Made by a program: the position numbers and the translations under genes. Below, one piece after another: positions 49,366 to 59,288 of a DNA stretch of 64,000 bases. Under the pieces are notes generated by a model that searched no databases, was not told the origin of the DNA, and was given only the letters and a program-made list of their open reading frames with translations. How positions within the stretch are numbered: position 1 is the first letter of the stretch; the number at the start of each line of letters is the position of its first letter. Where the stretch lies: assembly GCA_030428255.1 (NCBI GenBank), contig JAUIBT010000004.1, positions 66,604-130,603 of the forward strand, given 5' to 3'. This DNA comes from Alphaproteobacteria bacterium. Lineage in GTDB: Bacteria > Pseudomonadota > Alphaproteobacteria > UBA7985 > JAUIBT01.

Positions 49366-50187
49366 CTAGCCGCTCACCGCGTGGCGGCCCTGAGCGTCAT
49401 AGATCACCGGGAACCAATCTTCGCGCAGGCGCTGGCCGGGCTGCATGTCATGACCAGGGAAGGGTGGTGAAGTTCGGCCGGGACGCTGGACATAGCGCGC
49501 GTCGTCGCCCACGACCCGCAGCGAAAAGGCCCGGCGGCGATTAGCGCTGTCGTTGCCCCGCGCGCCGTGCAGCACCATGAAGTTAAACGCCACCGCATCG
49601 CCCGGCTCCATGGCCCATTCGGCCACCGTCATGCCCTCGGCGTCGGGATCGGGCACCGGCATGTAGTCGTCTTCGTTGGGGTAAAAGCTGGTCTCGGCCA
49701 ACCAACGGGTCGGCAGCACAGGCTTGTCCCAAAGGTGCGAGCCCGCCACACAGCGCAAGCTGGCTTCGCGCACAGGGTCCAGCGGCACCCAATAGCTCAG
49801 GGTCTGCTGGCCCTCGACGAAGTAATAGGGCCCGTCTTGGTGCCAGGGCGTGGGCTTGGAGGTGCCCGGCTCCTTGACCAGCACGTGGTCGTGGAACAAT
49901 TGCACGGTCTGCGAGCCCATCAGCGCGGCGGCCACTTCGGCAGCGTCGCAGCTGTTGAGCGCGTCCTGAAACTCAGGGATGCGCTGCCAGTTGCAGTAGT
50001 CGTCGAAAAAGCGCCCAGCTTCACCGGGTTTCAGGTTCTCTGCCGCATAGGGGCCGGGCTCGGCCATATTGCGCTCAACGCCTTGGCGCAAGATCTCGAC
50101 CTGGTCTTTAAACAGGCCGCGAATAACAGCCACGCCGTCACGCTGAAAGGCTTGAATGTCGGCGGGCGATACAAGGGGATGGGACAT
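49366..50187 (-). CDS. phytanoyl-CoA dioxygenase (PhyH)-family Fe(II)/2-oxoglutarate-dependent oxygenase
   Basis: PhyH-like HQDGPYYF ... H-x-D/H facial triad context; 273 aa. Confidence 0.8.
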   Translation of the reverse strand: MSHPLVSPADIQAFQRDGVAVIRGLFKDQVEILRQGVERNMAEPGPYAAENLKPGEAGRFFDDYCNWQRIPEFQDALNSCDAAEVAAALMGSQTVQLFHDHVLVKEPGTSKPTPWHQDGPYYFVEGQQTLSYWVPLDPVREASLRCVAGSHLWDKPVLPTRWLAETSFYPNEDDYMPVPDPDAEGMTVAEWAMEPGDAVAFNFMVLHGARGNDSANRRRAFSLRVVGDDARYVQRPGRTSPPFPGHDMQPGQRLREDWFPVIYDAQGRHAVSG

Positions 50188-50348
50188 GCAAGGGCTCCAA
50201 GCGCAAATAAACCGGTTCGATGCGCTGCACGCTAGACCCCTGGCTGGCCCCTGCCAAGCCCGATTTCACCCGCTGTCTGCGCCATCGTGTTGCGCCCCTT
50301 TCTGGGCAAACCGCGGTTTTCGCTAGCCCCCTCGCCTGCTTTTTGGCT

Positions 50349-52373
50349 ATGTCAGTGCGGCCCAGAGGCCCATCGGCCCCGAGCCTGTTCCGCTTTCACC
50401 AGACCGAGCCCCGCGTGACCTACCTGCGCTTCATCGACGGCCTGCGCGCCTTTGCCATTTTGCCGGTGCTGGCCTTTCACCTGTCGCCTAGCCTGCTGCC
50501 GGGCGGCTATCTGGGTGTGGATGTCTTCTTTGTCATCTCGGGCTTCTTGATCACCGGCGTGCTGATCAAGGACGCTGAGCAAGGCTCGCGCGGGGTCGCG
50601 GTGGCCCTGTTGAGCTTTTGGGAGCGGCGCATGCGGCGCTTGTTGCCCGCCTCCAGCCTGGTGCTGTTGGTCAGCTTTATCGGCGCGCTGGTGTTCTTGT
50701 CGCTGGAAGATGCCGAGGTCTTTGGCGGCAGCCTGATCGCCGCGGCGCTGTTTCACGCCAACATCTTTTTTGCCCGAACGCTGGATTACTTCGCCGCCCC
50801 ACCCGAACAGCACCCCTTGCTGCACTTCTGGTCGCTGGCGGTCGAAGAGCAGTTCTATTTCATCTGGCCGCTGGTGATCTTGCTGGCCTTCCGCTTTGGT
50901 AGGGGCCGCGCGCTGGCCGCCAGCATCATTGTGGTCTTGTCACTGGCGTCTTTTGCCTGGCTGCTGTGGGGCCCCGACGCTGCCTCTGGACAGCACTTCT
51001 ACCTGTTGACGACCCGCGTTTGGGAGCTGGGCTTGGGCTCTCTGCTGGCCTTGACCCTGCCGCTGCTGCATTTGCCTGCGCGGCTGGCTCAGGCCGTATC
51101 GTTGATGGCGGCGCTGGTGATTTTGGCCAGTTTTGCGGTCTTGTCGGAAGACTACGGCCTGCCAGGCCCGGCCAGCCTGCCCTTGGTGGTTAGCACGGCA
51201 GTGTTGCTGTGGGCTGGCGCGCGCCAGGGCGGCCAAGCGCCAACCTGGATCACCCGCGCGCTGTGCTGGCGGGGCTTCGTGGCCATCGGCCTCATCTCCT
51301 ATTCGCTCTATTTGTGGCACTGGCCGGTGTTGGCCTTTGCCCACGCCGCCTTCGCAGGCGCGCTGCCGCTCTGGTCTTGGCTGCCTTTATTGGCGCTGAT
51401 CTTTATGGCCTCCCTTCTGTCTTGGCGCTTCGTCGAGCGGCCGATCCGCCGCTGGAAAGGCGCGGTGACCACCAAGCTCAAGCTGGCGGTTGTTGGGGGC
51501 AGCCTAGCGGGCCTGTTGGCGCTGGCGGGCCTGGGCGGCAGTCTGATCGCTCTGGACGGCATGCCCTGGCGTTTGTCGGGCGTCGAGCGGCTGATCTATA
51601 GCCAGCAAGCCACCAGCAACCCCTATCGCAAGCGCTGCGATTCTTGGCAGAAGGCCGAGGCCGCGCCCGAATTCTGCACGCTGGGCCGCGCCTATGATCG
51701 CCAGCACGGCTACGACGCTTTGCTGATTGGCTCCTCCTTTGCCGATCACCATGTGCCGGGACTGAAGCTCTGGGCTGAACAGCAGGGCATCAGCCTGCGC
51801 CAAGTCACCAACTCGACCTGCTCAGGGGTGCCGGGCTTGATCCGCCCGACCTATAAAAAGGTGCAGATGTGCAAAGATTATCACCAAACCATCCTGCGCA
51901 TGATCGAGAGCAACCCTAACCTCAAGCTGTTGATTTTGGCCAATCACTTCCGTTTTGCTGCCGACTTTGAGGCCTTGCTTGCGGCGGGTGATCCCCACAC
52001 CCAGGCGCTGGCGGATTTCGCGACTGACTTGCAGGCGCGCGGCATTGCTTTGCAGATCATCGCGCCGATCGAAAGCAGCATGACCCTGCGCGACCCCTGC
52101 ATAAAGCAGGCCATGCTTGATGTCTCCGCCGAGGCGGCTTGCGGGAAAGAAAAAACCGAGGGATTGAGGCAGACCGAGGCCTTCTATGCCGGGCTGGCTG
52201 CGCGCTTTGATGGGCTGGGGCTCAGCCTGCCGAGCGCTGCTATGTGCCCAGACGGACTGTGCCGGCTGGTGGCCGACGGCACGCTGTTGTATCGCAACGA
52301 GGGGCACCTGAACGCCTACGGGGCGCGCTGGCTTGCGCCCAAGCTGGGCCTGCCCGATCTGGTTCGTCGTTAA
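50349..52373 (+). CDS. acyltransferase family 3 (OafA/YrhL-like) membrane protein with C-terminal SGNH-like domain
   Basis: YLRFIDGLRAFAILPVLAFHL...GYLGVDVFFVISGFLIT acyltransferase_3 N-terminus, about 10 TM, soluble C-terminal ~300 aa; start chosen at MSVRP (50349). Confidence 0.85.
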   Translation: MSVRPRGPSAPSLFRFHQTEPRVTYLRFIDGLRAFAILPVLAFHLSPSLLPGGYLGVDVFFVISGFLITGVLIKDAEQGSRGVAVALLSFWERRMRRLLPASSLVLLVSFIGALVFLSLEDAEVFGGSLIAAALFHANIFFARTLDYFAAPPEQHPLLHFWSLAVEEQFYFIWPLVILLAFRFGRGRALAASIIVVLSLASFAWLLWGPDAASGQHFYLLTTRVWELGLGSLLALTLPLLHLPARLAQAVSLMAALVILASFAVLSEDYGLPGPASLPLVVSTAVLLWAGARQGGQAPTWITRALCWRGFVAIGLISYSLYLWHWPVLAFAHAAFAGALPLWSWLPLLALIFMASLLSWRFVERPIRRWKGAVTTKLKLAVVGGSLAGLLALAGLGGSLIALDGMPWRLSGVERLIYSQQATSNPYRKRCDSWQKAEAAPEFCTLGRAYDRQHGYDALLIGSSFADHHVPGLKLWAEQQGISLRQVTNSTCSGVPGLIRPTYKKVQMCKDYHQTILRMIESNPNLKLLILANHFRFAADFEALLAAGDPHTQALADFATDLQARGIALQIIAPIESSMTLRDPCIKQAMLDVSAEAACGKEKTEGLRQTEAFYAGLAARFDGLGLSLPSAAMCPDGLCRLVADGTLLYRNEGHLNAYGARWLAPKLGLPDLVRR

Positions 52374-52475
52374 GGCAAGTGACACGGAGCACAGAACGCG
52401 GTGCGCTCATTTTGACTCAGCAAACGCAAGGCACAAAAAAACCCACGGCCGGGCGGCTCGCGGGGTTGCGCACAC

Positions 52476-52551
52476 TGGTGATCCCTACGGGATTCGAACC
52501 CGTGTTGCCGCCGTGAAAGGGCGGTGTCCTAGGCCTCTAGACGAAGGGACC
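52476..52551 (-). tRNA. tRNA-Glu (anticodon UUC)
   Basis: Reverse complement GTCCCTTCGTCTAGAGGCCTAGGACACCGCCCTTTCACGGCGGCAACACGGGTTCGAATCCCGTAGGGATCACCA: cloverleaf with anticodon loop CUUUCAC, T-loop GGTTCGAATCC, encoded CCA. Confidence 0.9.
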
Positions 52552-52636
52552 AGAGTGTGTGGAGAGGTGGTATATCCAGAGTCACCTGCCTGCGCAAGCC
52601 CCTTTTTTCGCCAAAACCAAAGTTTTGCGTCCCAAG

Positions 52637-53749
52637 CTAGCGCTGGACTTTGACCGTCATCCAGTCCTTGCCAAACACCTCAGCCAACGTGAAGAGCATG
52701 GCGGCGTTCTTGGGGTGCAGCCGCACACAACCGTGCGAGGCCGTGCGGCCCAAACGGCGCACAGCATTGGTGCCATGGATGGCGTAAGGACCGTTGAAGA
52801 ACATAGCGTGGGGCATGGGCGCATTGTCGTATTTCCGCGATTTATAGTGCCGATGCATGCGCTGAATGCCCCAAGTTCCGGTCGGGGTGCGGTAGCCCTT
52901 GCGCCCGGTTGAGACCGGCCAATCGTACCAAGGCTTGCCGTTGACGCTCACGATCATGCGTTGCTCGGACAGGTCGATTTGCGCCACGATGTGGCCGCTA
53001 CCCATTTGCGCCTTGGCGAGCTGAGCTGCCTGCTTGTAGCCCTGCAAAGCGCCCTTGCCGCTGGTGAATTCTGGGATCGGTCCTAAGGACCTTGGTTGGC
53101 TCGGGGCCAAGGGTGTGGGTGCGGGGCTTGGAGTCGCCGGTCGTTGGTAGATGACCTGTGGGTAAGCGGGCTGCTGGTATGCGGGCTGCTGGTATGCGGG
53201 CTGCTGGTAGATCACCGGCGGGTAGATCGCCTGCGGGTAGACCGGCTGTTGGTAGATCACCTGAGGATAGCCCAGCTGGCCATAGCCCTGCTGGGGACTT
53301 GCAGGTTGCACAGGCGCACGTTGACTGGGCGCGGTTTGACTGGGCGCGGTTTGACTGGGGGCAGGCTGAAGCGGCCAGAGGCGCAAGGGCCGACCTTGGC
53401 GCTCCCAGAACGCCGCCTGCTGTTGGCCCGAAGTTACCGCCGGAACGGTGGGCGCAGATGGCGGCAAGCCGTATTGCAGCTGCTGGGGCTGCGTCGAGGG
53501 TTGGGCGACCGGCGTCTCGTCAAACTGGTACTGCGCTGGCTGGCCAGAGGGCGAAGTGGGCAAGATCGCGGTGGGAATTCTGATCGGTTGAGGCAAGACC
53601 AGTGGGGCGCTTTGCGCCGGGATCACGAGCGGCTGAAACCCGCTGGCGCTGGCGTGGGGCAGCGCGGTGTTCTGGCCCCAAGCCGGGGCAAGTCCAGCAA
53701 GGACAAGCAAGGTTGCAACGGCGGTCATCAAGCGAAAAATCGGTGGCAT
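52637..53749 (-). CDS. L,D-transpeptidase (YkuD domain) with Pro/Gln/Tyr-rich low-complexity repeat region
   Basis: Signal peptide; catalytic RTASHGCVRL motif near C-terminus; central (P)(A/V)YQQ repeats. Confidence 0.85.
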   Translation of the reverse strand: MPPIFRLMTAVATLLVLAGLAPAWGQNTALPHASASGFQPLVIPAQSAPLVLPQPIRIPTAILPTSPSGQPAQYQFDETPVAQPSTQPQQLQYGLPPSAPTVPAVTSGQQQAAFWERQGRPLRLWPLQPAPSQTAPSQTAPSQRAPVQPASPQQGYGQLGYPQVIYQQPVYPQAIYPPVIYQQPAYQQPAYQQPAYPQVIYQRPATPSPAPTPLAPSQPRSLGPIPEFTSGKGALQGYKQAAQLAKAQMGSGHIVAQIDLSEQRMIVSVNGKPWYDWPVSTGRKGYRTPTGTWGIQRMHRHYKSRKYDNAPMPHAMFFNGPYAIHGTNAVRRLGRTASHGCVRLHPKNAAMLFTLAEVFGKDWMTVKVQR

Positions 53750-53964
53750 AGGGCCTCAGCTGTTCGGTGGAGGTCCCCTTGGCGGCGTCCCTTGTGCTCT
53801 TGCGAGCAGGTGAGCTGCGATCTTGGACCCTGGCCGCCCCCGCAACGGGGAGCAGCAGTCCTGTGCTGGTGCCAGATTCTCGGCAAGATTTCAACCTAAA
53901 GTAGGCAACATCTCTGTTTTGCGACTTAACATTGCCAAAATGCCGCCACGCAGGTCGCCCTGAC

Positions 53965-55332
53965 TTAGCCGTCCCTGTCTAGGGACACTAGGTCTTCGCT
54001 CCGAGCTCCTTCAAGTTCGCCCGTGTCCGTACTGTCCGATAACGTGGTTGGTCTTGGTTTCGGCGGTGGTGCTGACCACGCGCGAAGGTACTGCGCAACC
54101 ATGGTGTAAAACAATGGGACAATGGCCTCAATGTCTTCCACGAAGGTCTGGCGGCCAGCGAAGCGCTTTGCATCGGTATGCACCATAATGACTTCGAATG
54201 AATGTGGCACCAGTGCTCCATTGTCCGCTTGAATACTTTCTGGATCTTCTCGCAATTTCGCCAAAGAACGTTCCGTGGCCTTCGCTTTGCCGGGCCAATG
54301 GGCACGAATTAGGATTCGCGGATCATCGTCTTTCAACATTCGAAGCAGCCACGTCATACGTGACCTTGTTTTCACTTTGTCCTCTGGTGCCCTGAGTCTT
54401 ATGGAAACTTGTAGGCTGCGGCGCGCCAGATCAGCGCTAATTTCAAGATCGCCCGCAGCGTTGGGGACGCGATAGCTGCTGTCCAGACAATGCGAGTCCA
54501 GCAAGCGTATTGATGCGTCCTTTAAGCGTGCGCTGGGGTCATCGCGATGCTTGCGCTCAATAACGGTAGAGACCGGCTCTCCCACAAGTCGGCTGAGTTG
54601 AAGCTCGAGGTCCCGCTCCTCCATGAACCAGGCCGAAACGCCGTCTTCAACTTCTGCGGAGTTCCAATTTAGGCTCTTTTTTTGAACGCATGCGTTGACC
54701 AACTCCTTCCATTTTGAGCCCATCTGCTTAAAGCGTTCAACGCCCGTTCCGTCACTGTTTAGAAAATGGTGGAACTCGTTGAGCAAGAAGGCTTGCTCTT
54801 TATCAGTGACTGCCGTTTGCGATTGCAGGATTTCGCATTCGGTGGCGATCCACGTCCAAGACCAATGATACAAGTCCACATTGCGTCGCTTGCTTCGGGG
54901 GATTTCAACGGGCGAGTGGCTCGCCTGGGTCACAAATTCGTTGGATATCGTTATGACCGCATCGACTCTGTTTGATTTTGCCAGCTCGAGGTAGCGTTGA
55001 ACTTGGTCGGCCTCCAAATTGGCCCTGCCAATCTTTGCTTCGATCAGCGCGGTCCATTCGGATTTCCCGTTGCGAATGCAAATAAATCCGTCCGGGCGAC
55101 AAGCACCTTCAATATCATTCTTAAAGACGACTTCGGTCCAGGCGTCGATCGTTGATCGCACGCCAATTCGCACTCCAACTGTTGAAAAAATAGTCCGCGC
55201 TAACTCCGGGATTTGCGGAACTAGGGCAAGCAAAATTGACGTGATACGCTTCTCACGACTTGTAACCGCAAAGTCGGGGAACAAGCGCGCAGCTTGTCCC
55301 GATTTCAATGCCGCAGGCAATCCATTAGTCAT
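53965..55332 (-). CDS. PD-(D/E)xK nuclease-superfamily protein, uncharacterised (455 aa), lower-GC gene
   Basis: Motif EVVF...RPDGFICIRNGKSEWTALIEAKIG (E ... PD ... E-x-K spacing typical of restriction-endonuclease-like fold); GGGAGG RBS 9 nt upstream of ATG at 55330-55332; AT-richer 156-bp upstream region. Confidence 0.6.
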   Translation of the reverse strand: MTNGLPAALKSGQAARLFPDFAVTSREKRITSILLALVPQIPELARTIFSTVGVRIGVRSTIDAWTEVVFKNDIEGACRPDGFICIRNGKSEWTALIEAKIGRANLEADQVQRYLELAKSNRVDAVITISNEFVTQASHSPVEIPRSKRRNVDLYHWSWTWIATECEILQSQTAVTDKEQAFLLNEFHHFLNSDGTGVERFKQMGSKWKELVNACVQKKSLNWNSAEVEDGVSAWFMEERDLELQLSRLVGEPVSTVIERKHRDDPSARLKDASIRLLDSHCLDSSYRVPNAAGDLEISADLARRSLQVSIRLRAPEDKVKTRSRMTWLLRMLKDDDPRILIRAHWPGKAKATERSLAKLREDPESIQADNGALVPHSFEVIMVHTDAKRFAGRQTFVEDIEAIVPLFYTMVAQYLRAWSAPPPKPRPTTLSDSTDTGELEGARSEDLVSLDRDG

Positions 55333-55488
55333 AAGTTGTAGCCTCCCTTGCACGCGCGTGCCAAGGGTGACACGCAATTTTAAAGCGTCAACGAAAACTA
55401 TACCCGACAATAGAGAAGAACAAGTCCCTTCGGAATTACCAAGGACCCATGAAACCAGCAAGGTGCCGCACCACGGACGCCCACCACC

Positions 55489-56622
55489 TCAACAAACGCG
55501 CTGGCCAGCAACATAGGTTTGCTGCACCAGGGGCGTAGCGTGATGCTCGGCGACGCGGATGAAGTCGGCCCGCAAACCGGGCTCCAGCCACCCGCGATCG
55601 CTCAGCCCCACCATGCGCGCCGTGTTGCACGTCACCTTGGGCAAGTGGCAAGCGATCGAGCAGCCGTCGCGCTGGGCCAGGTGCCACACTGCCTGCAACA
55701 AGGCCGCAGGCACATAGTCTGAGCTGATGGCGTCCAGCGCGTTCTCGTCGGACAGCTCCAGCATGGAAACGTTGCCCGAATGCGAACCGCCGCGCACGAT
55801 GTTGGGTGCGCCGCCGACCGTCGCCAACCCCGCTTGCTTGGCCAGCCGCGCGGCTTCCAGCGAGCAAGGAAACTCCGAGATGCTCAGGCCATCGGCCACA
55901 GCTTGTTCAATGTGCTCCGCCGTGGTGTCGTCGTGGCTGGCCCAGACCAATTCGCGACCGGCAAACATAGCCAGCACCGGGCCACGGTTGGCCTCAACCT
56001 GTGCGGTGCCGCGCGCGATACGCCGCTCAATATCGGCCTGGGTCTCGGCGCGCGTCTTGCCGCTGCGTTCGGCGAAATCCTTCAGCTTCTCCAAATCGCG
56101 CCATTGGCGCTGGCCAGGGGTGTGATCCATGACCGACACCAGGCCCAAACCGGGGCTGTGCTGGTGCGCCTGTAGCGTATCCAGCAGCCCCGCCGCCGAC
56201 AGCTCACACCGAAAATGCAGGCGGTGGTCGATGCGCAGCGCCCCGGTGGCCCGCGCGGCGTCTATGGCCTCCAGCATGGCACTCAAGATGCGGTGGCGCG
56301 GGATCTTCTCACCGTCGTAGGAGCCCATGGTCAGGGCGTCATAGACCGTGGTTATGCCCGCCGCCGCCATCTGAGCGTCGTGCGCCATGACCGCCGCCAG
56401 CCCGTTGGGCCAAATGACTTTGGGGCGGGGTACAAAGTGATGCTCCAGGTTGTCGGTGTGCATCTCAATCAGGCCCGGCAGGCAATAGTCGCCCTGCCAA
56501 TCTTGTGCGCTTGGCAGATGGCTAAGCCCTTCGTCTAGGGCTTGGATTCGGCCGCCTTCTATCACCAGGGTGCCAAGGCGCATGTCTTGGTCAAAGGGCA
56601 GGCGGGCATTGGTGATAATCAT
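55489..56622 (-). CDS. phnM: PhnM-like amidohydrolase (alpha-D-ribose 1-methylphosphonate 5-triphosphate diphosphatase family)
   Basis: GLIEMHTDNLEHH metal-binding motif and overall PhnM-like length (377 aa). Confidence 0.7.
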   Translation of the reverse strand: MIITNARLPFDQDMRLGTLVIEGGRIQALDEGLSHLPSAQDWQGDYCLPGLIEMHTDNLEHHFVPRPKVIWPNGLAAVMAHDAQMAAAGITTVYDALTMGSYDGEKIPRHRILSAMLEAIDAARATGALRIDHRLHFRCELSAAGLLDTLQAHQHSPGLGLVSVMDHTPGQRQWRDLEKLKDFAERSGKTRAETQADIERRIARGTAQVEANRGPVLAMFAGRELVWASHDDTTAEHIEQAVADGLSISEFPCSLEAARLAKQAGLATVGGAPNIVRGGSHSGNVSMLELSDENALDAISSDYVPAALLQAVWHLAQRDGCSIACHLPKVTCNTARMVGLSDRGWLEPGLRADFIRVAEHHATPLVQQTYVAGQRVC

Positions 56623-56718
56623 GAAGCAAGCACAAGAAAGGGCGAAAGGTAGTTGGAGGAAAGAAGGGGCGGAGCCAGATCAGGCCAACAGGTCAGGCCA
56701 GCAGATCAGGCCAGCAGA

Positions 56719-57645
56719 TCAGGCCAGCTGATCAAACCAATAGGGATTGGACCAAGCCCGGGTGCCGCCGTTGCCGATGACCGTGACGCGGAAATAGCCC
56801 TGGCGCGCGCGAATGCGGGCGATGTCGATCTCAGCATAGGTCAGATTGGGGCCCATGGCCACCGCCGACACCTCGCCGGGACCGGCCACCGCAACCGAGA
56901 CCGCAGGCGAACAGCGCACCCTCAAGATGTCGCCGTCCAGCGCTAAATCGTGGATCTCTGCGCCGGTTGAGGAGTAGGTGTGCCCGGCCTTAAGCGCGGC
57001 CACCAACAGATCGGGGTCGTTGCGCGCGGCGGCCACCATGACCCAGCCGCCGCCGAAATCATCCAACCGCATGTGGCTGTCGTCGGTGGCGTTGAAGTGC
57101 AACCGCTTGCCCTCATTGAGCAGATAGTCGGCCACAGCGATGCCAAAAGCCCGGTCACACTCGATCAAGCAGGAGTGGTTGTAGATCTCCACCGCGTCGG
57201 CGTGGCTCACTGCCAACGCCTCGTCCATGGTCAGCCCGTACCACTCGGGATGGGCAATGGAGACATAGGCACCGGCGGCTTGAGCGCGTCGCACCAGCTC
57301 GGGACCGGTTTCATCAGCGGTCGGGGCCGGAAAATCCAGCGGCAGTCCGTTGGCCACCAGATGCCACAGCCCGCGCTTGTCGTACTTTTTACCCGGACAG
57401 TGCAGCTCGGCGCTCAGAATAGTAGTGATGCGTTCATCGCACAGGCTGCGGCTGTCGGGCACGCCAGGTGCGCCAATATCCAGGCCTTGCATAAGGTGAT
57501 CTGACAGGCAGGTGAAGTCATAGCCCAGCGCTTTATAGGCAGCCACCACCTCGGCCGGGCTGCGCGCGCCGTCGGACAAAGTGGAGTGGCCATGCAGATT
57601 GCCACGATAGAAACGATAACCGAGCGAAAAGGGAGCAAGTTGCAT
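56719..57645 (-). CDS. PHP-domain metal-dependent phosphoesterase
   Basis: GNLHGHSTLSDG ... SDHL ... AHPEW PHP motifs. Confidence 0.7.
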   Translation of the reverse strand: MQLAPFSLGYRFYRGNLHGHSTLSDGARSPAEVVAAYKALGYDFTCLSDHLMQGLDIGAPGVPDSRSLCDERITTILSAELHCPGKKYDKRGLWHLVANGLPLDFPAPTADETGPELVRRAQAAGAYVSIAHPEWYGLTMDEALAVSHADAVEIYNHSCLIECDRAFGIAVADYLLNEGKRLHFNATDDSHMRLDDFGGGWVMVAAARNDPDLLVAALKAGHTYSSTGAEIHDLALDGDILRVRCSPAVSVAVAGPGEVSAVAMGPNLTYAEIDIARIRARQGYFRVTVIGNGGTRAWSNPYWFDQLA

Positions 57646-57797
57646 GGTGGACCTTCGGTAAAACAGACCAGTGGGGCGAGGCCGGGGCTTTAGTAAAGGC
57701 CAACTTGCCTAGCTCTTGTGTCCAAAATGTTACGGCCATGTCCCAAAACCGTCAGCCAGAGCAGTCCCTGGTTCCACCATGCGGCAAACCCAGAGCT

Positions 57798-59219
57798 CTA
57801 GCACTCCACCGTAGCGACCGAGACCGCCGCCAGCCGCCCGTCAAAGCGCTTCGCCAAGCCTGCCAGAGCGGTTTCTTTATAGTGCTCCGACATGTCCTTG
57901 CCGGTCTCGTACATGGTCTGGATCACCTCATCTAAGGTGACGATGTGCTCGCCGTCCGACGCCAGGGCCAGGCGCGCGGCGTTGATGGCCTTGATCGCGC
58001 CCATAGTGTTGCGCTCGATGCAGGGCACCTGCACCAGCCCGCCGATAGGATCGCAGGTCAGGCCCAAATTGTGCTCCATGCCAATTTCCGCGGCGTTTTC
58101 GATCTGTTGGTTGCTGCCGCCTAGCACCGCCGTTAGGCCGCCCGCCGCCATAGAGCAGGCCACGCCCACTTCGCCCTGACAACCGACCTCGGCCGCCGAG
58201 ATTGAGGCGTTGGTCTTGTACAACATACCGATGGCCGCGCAGGTGGTCAGGAAGGTGCGCACGCCCTGTTGGGTCGCGCCCGGCACCATGTGGCGATAAT
58301 AGGACAGCACCGCCGGAATGACGCCCGCCGCGCCATTGGTGGGCGCTGTGACCACGCGGCCACCAGCGGCGTTCTCCTCGTTCACCGCCAGGGCATAGAG
58401 GTTCACCCAGTCCATCACCACCAAGGGGTCAGGGTTCGCGCCCTTCGACTTGGCCATCAGGCGCGCGTGCAGGTCAGGCGCGCGGCGCTTTACGTTGAGC
58501 CCGCCTGGCAAGATGCCCTCCATGCGCATACCACGATCAATGCAGGACTCCATGACCTCGGCGATGCGATCAAGCCCCGCGTCGATCTCCGCTTGATCAC
58601 TGCGCACAAGTTCGTTGGCCAAAGCGATTTCCGCGATGCTCAGCTCTGCCTTTGCGCCTTGCTCCAGCAGCTCGGCTGCGCTTGAGAAGGGGTGCGGTAA
58701 GGCCAAGTTGTGCCCGCCGGTCAGCGGCGCTTCGGTTCCGGCCAGCTCTTCGCGGGTGGCAATGAAACCGCCGCCGGTTGAAAAATAGACTTGCTCGAAC
58801 AAGGTCTCGTCGTTTTCGTCCTCAACGCGAAACACCAAGCCGTTGGGATGTTCGGGCAGCGACTTGCCAAACTCCCAGATCAAGTGAATGTTGTTGGCAA
58901 AGGGCAAGTTGACCTCACCGCCCAGCATAATCAGCTCGGTACGCTGGACGCGCTGGAACATGGTGTCGGCTTCATCGGCGTCGATGGTATCGGGAGTCTT
59001 GCCCATCAGGCCCAGTATCACCGCCTTATCGGTGGCGTGTCCCGCACCGGTCAGTGCCAGCGAGCCATAGAGCCAAGCGCGCACGGTCTTGGCGCGGTGC
59101 AGCACACCGCGCACCCGCAGTTGTTCGACAAAGCGATAGCCCGCCCACATGGGCCCCACTGTGTGCGAGGACGAGGGCCCAATGCCAATTTTAAACAGAT
59201 CAAAGATGGATAGGCTCAT
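57798..59219 (-). CDS. sdaA: L-serine ammonia-lyase (single-chain, Fe-S dependent)
   Basis: [25 protein letters not shown]-terminus (start chosen here; track ORF begins 59267) and conserved C-terminal alpha domain. Confidence 0.9.
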   Translation of the reverse strand: MSLSIFDLFKIGIGPSSSHTVGPMWAGYRFVEQLRVRGVLHRAKTVRAWLYGSLALTGAGHATDKAVILGLMGKTPDTIDADEADTMFQRVQRTELIMLGGEVNLPFANNIHLIWEFGKSLPEHPNGLVFRVEDENDETLFEQVYFSTGGGFIATREELAGTEAPLTGGHNLALPHPFSSAAELLEQGAKAELSIAEIALANELVRSDQAEIDAGLDRIAEVMESCIDRGMRMEGILPGGLNVKRRAPDLHARLMAKSKGANPDPLVVMDWVNLYALAVNEENAAGGRVVTAPTNGAAGVIPAVLSYYRHMVPGATQQGVRTFLTTCAAIGMLYKTNASISAAEVGCQGEVGVACSMAAGGLTAVLGGSNQQIENAAEIGMEHNLGLTCDPIGGLVQVPCIERNTMGAIKAINAARLALASDGEHIVTLDEVIQTMYETGKDMSEHYKETALAGLAKRFDGRLAAVSVATVEC

Positions 59220-59288
59220 AGGACGGCTCCCCCAGCGGACCATGCGACTCTGGCACAAGGGTAGCAAGCTGGCTCAGGCATAATAGCG

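Noticed and set aside
52373-53965. tRNA-Glu as the integration site of a genomic island containing the PD-(D/E)xK gene
   Set aside because: The tRNA 3' end points away from the low-GC gene. The intervening L,D-transpeptidase is high-GC and core-like. No tRNA 3' direct repeat was seen near 55.4 kb, so the insertion is not a classical tRNA-targeted island.
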